NCBI GenBank assembly: GCA_963678335.1
Contig: OY782822.1
Location: 1,868,838-1,932,837, forward strand
DNA: 64,000 nucleotides
Source of the DNA: Arcobacteraceae bacterium
Lineage (GTDB): Bacteria > Campylobacterota > Campylobacteria > Campylobacterales > Arcobacteraceae
Direction: 5' to 3'
The position numbers were made by a program, and so were the translations under genes. Position 1 is the first letter of the stretch, and every line of letters begins with the position of its first letter. The notes beneath the pieces were generated by a model. That model was not told the origin of the DNA. It saw nothing but the letters and a program-made list of their open reading frames with translations, and did no database searches. Positions 1-10,084 of the stretch are shown one piece after another.

Positions 1-1070
1 CTTATATAAGCGGGAAATTTTATGCCGCCTTTTTTTAATGCAACAGCCTCGTAAGGTGATGTGGAATCAATCAGAAGTTTTTCCTTGATCTGGCCGCGGG
101 ATTCTTCTGCTGCGAAATTGATCAGTTTTTTTCCTATCATCTCATCTTTTGAATCATACCCGAATATATCCAGGGCACTGTCGTTCAAGTCTATACATTT
201 GCCGTTTTGGGAGATAAATATACCTTCCATGGTCCCGTCCAGGAAAGTCTTGAACTTGTTTCTTTCCCTTTCCAGGTTCTTGGTCCTTTTTAAGACCTTT
301 TTTTCCAGAGTTTCATTCAGGCTTTTTAACTCTTTATATGATTTGTCCAGTTCCCGGGACATGGTAAAAAAGTTTTTTGCCAAAGCCCCTACTTCATCGT
401 TGCTGTTTATGGTCAATAACTCTTTATGCTCTTCCAGTTCCCCTTTTGCTATTTTTTGTGCTGTTTTTGTTAAAAGAAGTATCGGGGAAGTAAGGCTTCT
501 TGCCCAGATATAACTTAGGAATGAAAAGAGTATAGCTATCATCAAAGCGCTAAAGACAGCATTTGTTATACTTTTTGAGACAAGTTCTTCGAAATCCTCC
601 TGGGCTTTTTGAACTTCACCGTTTAATTTTGCCAGTGAGTATATGATTGTAATGGTTCCCCATTTTTTTGTAAGCTGCAAAGGCATTGAAACTGAGATAT
701 TGTGTTTGTCCTCTTCAAAGGTCAGTTTATCTACATCCCTTATTACGCCTATCCCTGAAAAAATATGGATATTTTGGTCGTTGCTTACAATAGATATACC
801 GTTGACGTCTTCCCTTTTTACCAGCTGTTCAAAAAGGGTTTCGATATGGGAAAGGTTCATTGCGGCAAGGTCGTTTTCAACCTCATGCTTGTAATACTCT
901 ATATTGTAAGCGGCATTTTGTTTCAGGTTCTCTTTCATCAAAGAGATCCTTTTGTTCAATTCGTTATCCAGAAGTTTTTTCTTATCATTTATCTCATTAT
1001 AACTAAACAGAGTTACGATAAAAAAAACAACAGATAAAATTGCTAATATAAATTTATTGGATAAACTCAT
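1..1070 (-). CDS. Membrane sensor protein, N-terminal part (TM, periplasmic region, TM, HAMP, PAS). The output domain lies beyond the left window edge.
   Basis: Absent from the ORF track because the stop is off-window. Manual minus-strand translation from the ATG at 1070..1068 gives MSLSNKFILAILSVVFFIVTLFS..., a second TM (AVFSALMIAILFSFLSYIWA), a HAMP-like NDEVGALAKNFFTMSRELD, then a PAS-like FLDGTMEGIFISQNGKCIDLNDSALDIFGYDSKDEMIGKK. It has an ATGA start/stop overlap with the upstream gene. The plus-strand ORFs 61..513, 643..894 and 765..1037 are its shadows. Confidence 0.7.
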   Translation of the reverse strand, partial: MSLSNKFILAILSVVFFIVTLFSYNEINDKKKLLDNELNKRISLMKENLKQNAAYNIEYYKHEVENDLAAMNLSHIETLFEQLVKREDVNGISIVSNDQNIHIFSGIGVIRDVDKLTFEEDKHNISVSMPLQLTKKWGTITIIYSLAKLNGEVQKAQEDFEELVSKSITNAVFSALMIAILFSFLSYIWARSLTSPILLLTKTAQKIAKGELEEHKELLTINSNDEVGALAKNFFTMSRELDKSYKELKSLNETLEKKVLKRTKNLERERNKFKTFLDGTMEGIFISQNGKCIDLNDSALDIFGYDSKDEMIGKKLINFAAEESRGQIKEKLLIDSTSPYEAVALKKGGIKFPAYI

Positions 1071-1936
1071 TCTATTACCTTGTTCACTACTGAAAGTGCT
1101 TGTTCATTATATTTTAGACCCAGGGCGTCTGCTGTTTTTTTATTGAAAATTACATTTGTACCCATGGGGATCTGTATTTTCGGGAAATCTTTTTTATCCT
1201 GATAGTCCTTAACCATTGATGCTACTTGAGCACCTATTGTAGGGTTGTGGGCTGATATAACCACTGATGCCCCAAACCTGATGAACAGCTCGTGGTATGC
1301 AAAAACAGGTTTTTTCAAGCTGTTCATCTCTTGGAATATCTCAAGGACGTCTGCTTCGTTTTTTAATAACATCGGGTCTGCTATCATCACCAGGGCGTCT
1401 GTCTCTTTCAGAAGGGTTCTGTCAATATCTCCGTTTTTTGAAATTTTCTCCCCTTTTATGATTATACCCATGCTTTCAGCGTTTTCCCTGAAACTCTCAA
1501 ACAGGTCTTTTGTGTATTCGCTGTAGATTATTCCCAAGGAGGAGATATCTGTAAAAAGCGATTTTATTATGATCAGGTTCATTCCGCTGTGAAGCTCGTT
1601 TGATACGCCGTATCGATTATTCTTGATATTCAGTCTTTTATAGTTTACGATAGAACTGAAGAATATGGTTTTTTCAGGGATGAACATATTTGCGTAACTG
1701 TACGCTTTCGTACCTATTGCATAGACGGTATCGGGATATTCGTCGTAAAGATACTCTTTGATCTGTTTTTTCGAGATTTTTGAAAGGTCAAGTACCTCAA
1801 AGTCACCTTTGTAGTTCTCCGTAAAGGCTTTTTGCACGCTTTTGTACTTTTCTATTTTACTGTTGGAGTTCAGCACCAGCAGTTTACTTCCATAAAGATT
1901 TATAATAAGCAGGGCCAGGATAAATAAAGTTCTCAT
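1067..1936 (-). CDS. Periplasmic substrate-binding protein, ABC_sub_bind / COG2984-like
   Basis: 289 aa with a signal peptide (MRTLFILALLIINLYG). The overall pattern resembles COG2984 binding proteins (AIGTKAY, GASVVISAHNPTIGAQVA, FNKKTADALGLKY). It overlaps both neighbours by 4 nt. Confidence 0.55.
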   Translation of the reverse strand: MRTLFILALLIINLYGSKLLVLNSNSKIEKYKSVQKAFTENYKGDFEVLDLSKISKKQIKEYLYDEYPDTVYAIGTKAYSYANMFIPEKTIFFSSIVNYKRLNIKNNRYGVSNELHSGMNLIIIKSLFTDISSLGIIYSEYTKDLFESFRENAESMGIIIKGEKISKNGDIDRTLLKETDALVMIADPMLLKNEADVLEIFQEMNSLKKPVFAYHELFIRFGASVVISAHNPTIGAQVASMVKDYQDKKDFPKIQIPMGTNVIFNKKTADALGLKYNEQALSVVNKVIE

Positions 1937-2694
1937 TTCATACCCCCTAACTGTTTTAGATCATTGCCTGTCAGGATCACGATCTTGTCCACCCCTAATA
2001 TATCCAATATCTTTCTGCCCTCTTTTTTTGTATCCATGGTGGTGAATATATTTGTCAGCTCATTGTGGTCGTTTTGTTTTTGTTTCGAGCTTACGAGCAT
2101 ACGAAATGCAGGTTTTGATTCTTTGTATACTTCCATTTGTGAAGTTAGAAAACTGTTCGCCTTTTTTAAAAGCTCCAGGCTCTCTTTTGAGACAAGTGCG
2201 AAATTGCTCATCCCGAATCCTACGGACATCAAGGCATCTATCTCTTTTGGTACGTTTAGGATATTCAGGCTGTTTTTTGGATTGAGTTTGTCTATCATAC
2301 CTTTTGCATACTCTTTAGAAAAAGCCGTAGTGATAGTACCGTCGAATGATAAACCTTTTTTACCCACTATGATCTTGGTGTCGGTGTTGCTTTCTTTTTT
2401 CAGTGCCACGAGCTTTGCGTCCAGATCGTATTTTTGGGCTATCTGATTATAGTGCCAGCTTGAAAGTATCACTATAATGTTCGGGTTTTTTAGATATTTT
2501 TCAAAGACAGACCTTTTGTTGAAGGCCTGGAAATCATAATTCCCAAAATACTTTAAATACCGGTCAAAATTGACCTTTAACGATTTAAAATCGTTTATAT
2601 TGGTTTCCGTAGTATAAAAATATACTTTTTTTGTCTCTGCAAAAAGGGAAGAAACTAACAATGAAACCAGTATTAAGTATTTGATCTTTAACAT
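1933..2694 (-). CDS. Periplasmic binding protein, possibly PhnD-like
   Basis: 253 aa with a signal peptide (LILVSLLVSSLFA). The family resemblance is weak and recalled from memory only. The CDS itself is well supported by its length and operon packing. Confidence 0.4.
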   Translation of the reverse strand: MLKIKYLILVSLLVSSLFAETKKVYFYTTETNINDFKSLKVNFDRYLKYFGNYDFQAFNKRSVFEKYLKNPNIIVILSSWHYNQIAQKYDLDAKLVALKKESNTDTKIIVGKKGLSFDGTITTAFSKEYAKGMIDKLNPKNSLNILNVPKEIDALMSVGFGMSNFALVSKESLELLKKANSFLTSQMEVYKESKPAFRMLVSSKQKQNDHNELTNIFTTMDTKKEGRKILDILGVDKIVILTGNDLKQLGGMK

Positions 2695-2700
2695 GATTTT

Positions 2701-3903
2701 CTATTTATCACTCCATACTTTAGAGTTGTAGGTTCCAAAGTAATTACTTGTCTGGTATGCATTTTCCCAATTATTCATCAGCATCTCGTTATTTAATATC
2801 GTTGTTGTTGTTTCAACAGCAAGAATATGAAGGTTTATCTCTTCACCTTGTTGAAATTTCATTTCGATTACCACATTATCTATAATATCATATTCATTTT
2901 CCAAAGGACCATTTTTTACCGATAAATAGCAGATAGAATCGGGTCCTGTGATATAAACTCCAGTTTCATCACTATATTGTCCTATTATATTTTCATTTTG
3001 GATTAATATTGTGAATACTCTTTTATCGTCGGTTTGTATCTTTATATAGCCAAGATCATTGTCATTTACGGACTGGGTATAATAATCTATCACTTTCCCA
3101 GTACAAATATGTTTTGTTTTTCTTGGACTTTTAGAGAAGCTCAGTGTTGTTTTTATTTTTTCTATTTTTTCTAAAGATGAGATATTCTCTTCCATAATTT
3201 TACCTATTTTATAAGCGTCATTTAAAGTACCTTTTACAAGGGAACCGTTATTTACGTCTTTTATTTGCATCGGGGATAAACATAGTCCCGTATCGGTACC
3301 TATAAGTCCTGCATTGATTAATTTTGCATATGCGGTATTTAAAGATTGGTAATTTTCTAAAGAAAGGACAGAGAATTGATCTTTTTTTATTGAAGCAGCC
3401 ATATTGGGCATAACAGGTTGTGTGGTAGCAAATGTGGTGAGTTCCAAAGTTGGTACGGATCTTCCTGACGGATCACCGTCTATAACAGGTAAATTTTCTT
3501 TTAATGCTACCATTAAAGGAGTTGCTACATTAATTGCACCTACTTCTACTGGAACCAGGCTGGTGAATTTTTTAAAGTCTTTATATTTTGCATCTCTTTT
3601 TGAGATGATATTCTCCATAAGTTCTTGCATATTGAGAAAGGCATTTATCGTAGGTTCGACAATCTGCTGCGGAGTTAAATCGGAACCTTTTGAAGGTTCG
3701 GCCATATTCGCTGATATACAAGTCCATTCATCCTCTTTTATTTCAGATGGATCAATAATATTTATACCATTAAAACTGCTTGGGTTATCTACATAATATT
3801 CAATAATGTTTTTTGCTAAAAAAAACGGCCCACCGCCCCCTGAAGCTAAAAAAGTTGCCCCTTTTAATAATGTTAAGATCTCTTCTTTACTTGTTAATTT
3901 CAT
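2701..3903 (-). CDS. DUF917 family protein
   Basis: 400 aa. The N-terminal GATFLASGGGGPFF glycine-rich motif is typical of DUF917. No signal peptide. Confidence 0.6.
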   Translation of the reverse strand: MKLTSKEEILTLLKGATFLASGGGGPFFLAKNIIEYYVDNPSSFNGINIIDPSEIKEDEWTCISANMAEPSKGSDLTPQQIVEPTINAFLNMQELMENIISKRDAKYKDFKKFTSLVPVEVGAINVATPLMVALKENLPVIDGDPSGRSVPTLELTTFATTQPVMPNMAASIKKDQFSVLSLENYQSLNTAYAKLINAGLIGTDTGLCLSPMQIKDVNNGSLVKGTLNDAYKIGKIMEENISSLEKIEKIKTTLSFSKSPRKTKHICTGKVIDYYTQSVNDNDLGYIKIQTDDKRVFTILIQNENIIGQYSDETGVYITGPDSICYLSVKNGPLENEYDIIDNVVIEMKFQQGEEINLHILAVETTTTILNNEMLMNNWENAYQTSNYFGTYNSKVWSDK

Positions 3904-3915
3904 AAGCTGTCCTTT

Positions 3916-5910
3916 TTAAAATTTATAACTCAATTCTACTATATATGATCTTCCGGCTATAGGATAATCGATTACAGAACCTGAATCATAACTTTGTTCA
4001 TTGAAAAGATTAAAGATCGATAATTTTATATCCATCTCTTTTTTTATCAGGTTTTTAGCTGATAAAGTAAGATTTGCCACAGTTGAGTTGTCTACTTTTT
4101 TTCTGGTGTCCGTATTGCTTCTTGTCTGGGAACTCAGATATTTTATATCAGTATAAAGATTAAAATATTTATTTATTCTATGATTAAATCCCATATATGC
4201 CATGTGCGTCGGTACATTTTCCAACTCTTGATCTGTCTGCTTGTTTTTTGTTTTTTGATAAGTGTAGTTTGTTATTAGATAAGAACCTCTTGTTAAATTA
4301 TATTTTATTTGTGCTTCTATACCTTGGGTTCTTGCTTCCCCTTCATTTGCATACTGTCCGTTTTTTAAAGTGATGATATCTTCAATATCACTGTTAAATA
4401 TAGTAATTGAGGATTTTAAATCATCTATGGAACTGTTTTCCAAAGTTAGTTCGAAAGTTTTTACTTTTTCAGGTTCTAAATTCGTATTTCCCAAAATTGT
4501 CGGGTTGTTTTTATTATAAAGTTCGGCAAATGTAGGTGCCCTGAACGCTTCACCGTACATAAGTTTAATATTGTTGTTTTTGTTTAACTTCCAAGTAAGT
4601 CCCAGACGGGGATTTGTGACCCCTCCGAAATCATCGTAATGATCATATCTAGCCCCTAAATTCATCCTTATATCAGTATTTATATCAAAAAGCAATTCCG
4701 AATAAACAGCCCAAAACTTTCTTGTTTCTTCTGAAATGAAATTTCTACCTGGGTCTGAAAAGTCCTGAACTGAACTTAACGGGGCACCTGTTAAGGGGTC
4801 CCAGTTCATTTTTTGGGATGGGTTTTTTATACTTTGTGATTCATAGGATAGACCTGATACCAATTTATAATTTTCTTTTTTTAACGTTAAAAGATTCTCT
4901 ATACCGTACTTTTGGCTGTCGTAGTAAGAATACCCCAGCATACCGTCAGTATACACAGGCAGAGGGAATCCCTCTGGATAGACCTCCCATCTGTTTTTGA
5001 CTTCATAATAATCGTAATAGATCCTTGAATGCAGGGACAATTCTTTAGTCAGCTCTTTTTTTAATCCGATTTCCGTAAAATAGCTTTTACGTTTTGACAG
5101 GTCTTCATTATTTAAAGCATTGAGTATCCCGAAATTGGGACCGTCTTCTGCACTGTTATAATTTCCTTTGAAATATAAACCGTTTTTATTGTTAATTATA
5201 GATAAATAAGCATTTATGTTCTCTTTTGTAGGATCTGTGTAACCACTGTTCCCTATACTGTCACGCGAAAGATAAACACTGTCCCCGTCAGTGTCTAAAA
5301 AATTAAAATTGGCAATGATATTATAATTTTCATATCTATTTCCGTAGAGGTAATTTATCTGTTTTGTATTGTTCTTCCCTGCTTTTAAAGCAACTTCTGA
5401 ACCCTTGATATCTTCCACATTTTTCGTGATTATATTTATAAGTGCACTAAAGGCATTTTCCCCATATAGTGCAGAAGCCGGGCCTTTTATAATCTCAATT
5501 CTTTTTATTAATTCAAGAGGAAGGTTTTCATAAGCACCTAAAGCACCGCCGTTTAAAAGATCACTGTTTAAAGAATGCCCGTCAAGAAGAATTAAAACTT
5601 TTTGACTGAAATCCCCTTGAATGCCCCTTACCCCGATCTTGTCCATATAAACATAAGTCTGGGATATATTTACCCCCGGTACTGTATTTAAAAGATCTAA
5701 GAAGTTTTTTGCACTCATTTTTTCAATCATATCCGAATCTATGACCGTAACGGAAGCGGGAGTTTTTTTAATATTTTCTTTTACCCTTGAAGCAGATACC
5801 ACGAAAGTTTCCTCCTCAAGCCACTGTATCTCGTCCTGGAGAGTGGTTTCAAAAGGATTGGATAAAACTATCGAGGGTAGGAACAAAAGACCTATCAACT
5901 TCCTGTACAT
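3916..5910 (-). CDS. TonB-dependent outer-membrane receptor
   Basis: 664 aa with a signal peptide. Plug-domain motifs are present (ASVTVIDSDMIEKMSAKNFLDLLNTVPGVN, IEIIKGPASALYGENAF). The C-terminal barrel ends in ELSYKF (terminal Phe). Confidence 0.9.
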   Translation of the reverse strand: MYRKLIGLLFLPSIVLSNPFETTLQDEIQWLEEETFVVSASRVKENIKKTPASVTVIDSDMIEKMSAKNFLDLLNTVPGVNISQTYVYMDKIGVRGIQGDFSQKVLILLDGHSLNSDLLNGGALGAYENLPLELIKRIEIIKGPASALYGENAFSALINIITKNVEDIKGSEVALKAGKNNTKQINYLYGNRYENYNIIANFNFLDTDGDSVYLSRDSIGNSGYTDPTKENINAYLSIINNKNGLYFKGNYNSAEDGPNFGILNALNNEDLSKRKSYFTEIGLKKELTKELSLHSRIYYDYYEVKNRWEVYPEGFPLPVYTDGMLGYSYYDSQKYGIENLLTLKKENYKLVSGLSYESQSIKNPSQKMNWDPLTGAPLSSVQDFSDPGRNFISEETRKFWAVYSELLFDINTDIRMNLGARYDHYDDFGGVTNPRLGLTWKLNKNNNIKLMYGEAFRAPTFAELYNKNNPTILGNTNLEPEKVKTFELTLENSSIDDLKSSITIFNSDIEDIITLKNGQYANEGEARTQGIEAQIKYNLTRGSYLITNYTYQKTKNKQTDQELENVPTHMAYMGFNHRINKYFNLYTDIKYLSSQTRSNTDTRKKVDNSTVANLTLSAKNLIKKEMDIKLSIFNLFNEQSYDSGSVIDYPIAGRSYIVELSYKF

Positions 5911-6077
5911 ATTTTATAACACTCCGTGAAAATACTTAAGATTAATTATTAGATCTTCTAATAAAAAATCACTATTTTTTTAATTAGCGATTATTATATT
6001 ATTAACCATATTAAAAAAAGATTTTAGTACAGAAATCTACTGTAAGCAAATTTCAGACTTTTTAGAAATAGTTTGTT

Positions 6078-7484
6078 TTAACTGCTGCAGCTGCATTTCA
6101 ATGGCTCCCAGTTCGGTTTGGGTTTTGTGTAGTGTTCGAATTCTTTATGCTCTGCGAAAGGGTTTTGGGCTATTTTCAACAGATCGTTTACCAGTCCATA
6201 ATCCCCCTGCTCTGCCGCATCGATAGCATCCTGGAGCATATAGTTTCTCAAAATGAATTTTGGATTTACCTTTTTCATGTTTGCTAACCTATCTTCTTTA
6301 GATAGAGTCTCTTCTTTTAGTCTTTGCCCATACTCTTTCAGCCAGTAAGTTATATTTCCCTCTTTTAGATCCAGGCTGTCGCAGCTTAAATTGTAAAAAA
6401 ATGAACTATAGTCTATTTTATCCTCCTGCATCGCCTTGAACATCTCCACTATGAGTTGACCGTCTTTTTGGTAGTCGTAATTTTCAAGCCCCAGTTTTTC
6501 AGCCATAAGCTTGAAATATCGTTTTTTGAATTTTCCTATGAACATATCGTTATAGGAGTTCATAAGTTCCTCATCTGCAATGAGTGATAAAACCTTGGCA
6601 AGAACAGACAGGTTCCATTGGGCTATGAAAGGCTGGTTCTCGAAAGAGTATCTTCCCTCATGGTCAGACAGGTTACAGATAAACTCTTTGTCGAATTCCT
6701 CCATAAAAGCATAAGGTCCGTAATCTATGGTAAGTCCCGCAGCAGACATGTTGTCGGTGTTCATTACCCCGTGCATAAAGCCGAAGCTCTGCCACAAAGC
6801 CATAAGTTCGATGGTTCTGTCCACAATACGGAAATACATCTCTTCATATTTGTTCTCTTTGTTTTTAAGGTCGCTGTAGCTTTCATCTATAAGCATATCG
6901 GCTATATTTTGAAGGTTCTGTTTTTTATTCTCGCCTAAGTAAGCAAATTCGAAAGAACCGAATCTTATCCATGAGGTCGAGGCCCTTAGGACTATGGCTC
7001 CTTTTTCAGATTCGTAGCCTCTGTATACGTTGGTATTGGAACTGATCAGCCCCAAAGCCCTGGTTGTGGGTATCCCTAGGCCGTGCATAGCTTCACTCAT
7101 AAGGTATTCCCTGATGCTTGAACGAAGTACGGCCCTGCCGTCACCGTCCCTTGAATAAGGGGTAAGCCCTGAGCCTTTCGTCTGGAGGTGATAGTTCTTC
7201 AGTTTTCCAAGATTTACGGCCCTTCCGTCCCCCAGGTTGGGAACATGGTAACCAAACTGGTGACCGCTGTAGGCATAGGCAAAGGGCTTGGATCCTTCAG
7301 CTGTGATCTCTCCGTTTACGATCTTTGTGAATTTCTCCATATCCAGCAGTCTCAGGTCCAGTCCCATCTCCTTGGCCAGCGCTTCATTGAAGCTTACAAG
7401 CCGGGGTTTTGAAAGGGGCATTGGGGTAACGAAAGAGTAAAATTTTTTATCTAATCCATCAAGATGGGCAGTATCTAAAATCAT
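6078..7484 (-). CDS. selO: Protein adenylyltransferase SelO (YdiU/UPF0061)
   Basis: 468 aa with GDGRAVNLG, LRSSIREYLMSEAMH and HGVMNTDNMSAAGLTIDYGPYAFM motifs. The C-terminal CSCSS tail is reminiscent of the Cys/Sec redox tail of SelO. Confidence 0.9.
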   Translation of the reverse strand: MILDTAHLDGLDKKFYSFVTPMPLSKPRLVSFNEALAKEMGLDLRLLDMEKFTKIVNGEITAEGSKPFAYAYSGHQFGYHVPNLGDGRAVNLGKLKNYHLQTKGSGLTPYSRDGDGRAVLRSSIREYLMSEAMHGLGIPTTRALGLISSNTNVYRGYESEKGAIVLRASTSWIRFGSFEFAYLGENKKQNLQNIADMLIDESYSDLKNKENKYEEMYFRIVDRTIELMALWQSFGFMHGVMNTDNMSAAGLTIDYGPYAFMEEFDKEFICNLSDHEGRYSFENQPFIAQWNLSVLAKVLSLIADEELMNSYNDMFIGKFKKRYFKLMAEKLGLENYDYQKDGQLIVEMFKAMQEDKIDYSSFFYNLSCDSLDLKEGNITYWLKEYGQRLKEETLSKEDRLANMKKVNPKFILRNYMLQDAIDAAEQGDYGLVNDLLKIAQNPFAEHKEFEHYTKPKPNWEPLKCSCSS

Positions 7485-7581
7485 AATTTATCCAAATATT
7501 AAAATTCCCCGATAATCTCATATTTTTCCTTTATACCCACTTTAAACGGGCTGTTAATAGTATAAAATAATCTTTTTTGGC

Positions 7582-7602
7582 GCTATGTTAATGCTATGTT
7601 AA
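7582..7602. repeat. Tandem direct repeat GCTATGTTAA-T-GCTATGTTAA (11-bp period) in the selO/MCP divergent promoter region
   Basis: Read directly: cgctatgttaatgctatgttaaaa, about 45 nt upstream of the MCP start codon. Confidence 0.9.
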
Positions 7603-7646
7603 AAGGGTAAAATCGCGCGCAATAAATTAATTAAACGGAGTAGTCA

Positions 7647-10007
7647 ATGAAGGGGATCTCGATCAAGGTAAAATTGATCGCCATCGTGATCTTTACGGTT
7701 TTAACCGTAAGTATTATAGAGGCAATCGAATCTATACGGAGTATTCAAAACCTAAGCAAAGCAAATATTGAAGAGTTTAAAAAAGACGCTTACGCCCAGA
7801 TAGAGGAAGAGTTGAAAAACTATACCTCTATAGCTATAGAGTCCGTAGATTCTTTTTACCAAAGAACCTCCAAAGAGAAGATCAAGGCGGAAGTCTCCTT
7901 CAAACTGGAAGAACAGACAAATCTGCTGTTCAGTATTGTTCAGGCCCAATATGAAAAATATAATGGAAAGATCCCTATATCCCAGCTGAAGAACCGGATC
8001 AAAGAGGTGGTTAGCTCCACAAGATACGGTAAAAACGGCTATTTCTGGATCAATGACCTTGACGCGGTTATAGTGGACCATCCTATCAAGCCTTCACTTA
8101 ACGGGAAGGATTTATCGAATTTTGCCGATAAGAACGGGAAAAAGATCTTTAGCGAGTTCGCTTTAGAGGCTAAGCGAAAAGGTGAAGGTTTCGTTGACTA
8201 TGTATGGCCCAAGCCTGGCTTCGAGGCTCCCCAGGAGAAAATATCTTATGTGAAGCTTTTCAAGCCCTTTAACTGGGTGATAGGTACGGGTACTTATATA
8301 GACGACGTAACAAGCCAGATGCAAAAAGAGGCATTAAAGACGGTCGTACAGATGAGATATTCAAAAAACGGTTATTTTTGGATAAACGATAAAAAGCCCG
8401 TAATGATATCCCACCCTATGAAACCTTCCCTTAACGGAAGCGATCTTTCGGGGGTAAAAGACAGCAACGGCGTATATCTTTTTAAGGAGATGGTTAAAAC
8501 GGTCGAGCAAAAAGGTGAAGGTGTGGTTAGGTATTCCTGGCACAAAAACGACAAAGAAGGGGTTCAGCCCAAGGTTTCTTATGTAAAAGAGTTCAAGCCC
8601 TGGGGCTGGATAATAGGTACGGGGGTCTATATCGACGAGATTGAAAAAGATATCGCAAATATGAAGGCAAAAGCTGATGATCAGATAGGAACGGTTATTT
8701 TCGAAGTTATTGCGGTAGCTTTGATAATCTGCGTGATCATAACCCTTATTATCTCCATCACTGCAAATAAGCTTATCATAAAACCTATAAATGACCTAAA
8801 CGAGGGGATCTTGAATCTTATAGAGAATAACAGCTCAAGATCCATGAAAATACAGAAGAATCTGGATGATGAACTGGGGAATGTCGTTGACAGTTTTAAC
8901 CGATACCTTACAAAGATCGAAAAAGGGATAAACGAAGATAACGCACTTATCAACGAGGCAAAAGAGGTGATGGACGAAGTTAAGCACGGATGGTATTCAA
9001 GGCTTATAGAGGGGCACACCTCAAACAGATCTCTGGAAGAGTTCAAGGATGCGGTAAACAATATGATAAAAGCTACAAAAGAGCATTTTATAAATATGAA
9101 TATCGTCCTTGAAGAGTATGCGAAATATGATTACAGAAAAAGCGTTGAGCTTGAGGGGATCGCGAAAGGTGGAGTTTTTGAACTCCTTATCACCGATATC
9201 AATAAATTAAAAGATGCCATTACAAAAATGTTGATGGAGAATAAGCAGATCGGGATGAATCTTAGTTCAAGTTCAGGCAGCCTTTTGAATAACGTGGATA
9301 TCTTAAATCAAAACTCCAACGAGGCTGCAGCAAGACTGGAAGAGACGGCAGCTGCTATCGAGCAGATCACCGGAAATATAAGGTCAACTACTGAAAATAT
9401 AGTAAAAATGGCAGGTTTCGCGTCTGAAGTTACCCTCTCATCCCAAAAAGGGGAAAAACTTGCAAAGCAGACAACCGTTGCCATGGATGAGATAAACAGC
9501 GAAGTGACTTCCATAAATGAAGCTATAACGATCATTGACCAGATAGCATTCCAGACAAACATCCTTTCCCTTAACGCTGCTGTTGAAGCGGCGACGGCGG
9601 GGGAAGCCGGAAAAGGGTTCGCGGTAGTTGCCCAGGAGGTGAGAAACCTGGCTTCAAGAAGCGCCGAAGCGGCAAGGGAGATAAAAAACCTTGTGGAAAA
9701 TGCGACAAACAAGGCAGACCACGGTAAGAGAATAGCCGATGAGATGATATCAGGGTATATGGGACTAAATGAGAATATAACAAAAACCATAGAACTTATA
9801 AGCGATATCGAAACTTCATCAAAAGAGCAGCAGCACGGGATCGAACAGATAAACGATGCCATAGGTTCTTTAGATAACCAGACTCAGAAAAATGCTTCCA
9901 TAGCTGCGCAGACAAAAGAGATAGCGGCCGATACGAATGATATAGCAAAGGACGTTATCGAGAACGTGAACAGCAAAGAATTTACCGGGAAAGATAAAAT
10001 ATCCTGA
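7647..10007 (+). CDS. Methyl-accepting chemotaxis protein with two tandem Cache-type periplasmic modules, HAMP and an MCP signalling domain
   Basis: 786 aa. The Cache motif is duplicated (RYGKNGYFWINDLDAVIVDHPIKPSLNGKDLS and RYSKNGYFWINDKKPVMISHPMKPSLNGSDLS). It has a TM segment and the signalling hairpin QTNILSLNAAVEAATAGEAGKGFAVVAQEVRNLASRSAEAAREIK. Confidence 0.92.
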   Translation: MKGISIKVKLIAIVIFTVLTVSIIEAIESIRSIQNLSKANIEEFKKDAYAQIEEELKNYTSIAIESVDSFYQRTSKEKIKAEVSFKLEEQTNLLFSIVQAQYEKYNGKIPISQLKNRIKEVVSSTRYGKNGYFWINDLDAVIVDHPIKPSLNGKDLSNFADKNGKKIFSEFALEAKRKGEGFVDYVWPKPGFEAPQEKISYVKLFKPFNWVIGTGTYIDDVTSQMQKEALKTVVQMRYSKNGYFWINDKKPVMISHPMKPSLNGSDLSGVKDSNGVYLFKEMVKTVEQKGEGVVRYSWHKNDKEGVQPKVSYVKEFKPWGWIIGTGVYIDEIEKDIANMKAKADDQIGTVIFEVIAVALIICVIITLIISITANKLIIKPINDLNEGILNLIENNSSRSMKIQKNLDDELGNVVDSFNRYLTKIEKGINEDNALINEAKEVMDEVKHGWYSRLIEGHTSNRSLEEFKDAVNNMIKATKEHFINMNIVLEEYAKYDYRKSVELEGIAKGGVFELLITDINKLKDAITKMLMENKQIGMNLSSSSGSLLNNVDILNQNSNEAAARLEETAAAIEQITGNIRSTTENIVKMAGFASEVTLSSQKGEKLAKQTTVAMDEINSEVTSINEAITIIDQIAFQTNILSLNAAVEAATAGEAGKGFAVVAQEVRNLASRSAEAAREIKNLVENATNKADHGKRIADEMISGYMGLNENITKTIELISDIETSSKEQQHGIEQINDAIGSLDNQTQKNASIAAQTKEIAADTNDIAKDVIENVNSKEFTGKDKIS

Positions 10008-10084
10008 TTTTTTCCCTCTTCTTCATAAACAAGGGTATATAATATGTATAATTTTCGTTTAGAATCAAAATTTAAAGGAATTAT

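Noticed and set aside
61-1037. Plus-strand ORFs 61..513, 643..894 and 765..1037
   Set aside because: Their composition is low-complexity and Ser/Phe/Leu-rich. They lie antisense to a much better minus-strand reading frame, the HAMP/PAS sensor that runs off the window edge. They are shadow ORFs.
5911-6077. Fur-box-like AT-rich sequence (GCGATTATTATATTATTAAC) upstream of the TonB-dependent receptor
   Set aside because: The match to the GATAATGATAATCATTATC consensus is only partial, and the whole spacer is extremely AT-rich. I cannot distinguish it from background without a PWM scan.
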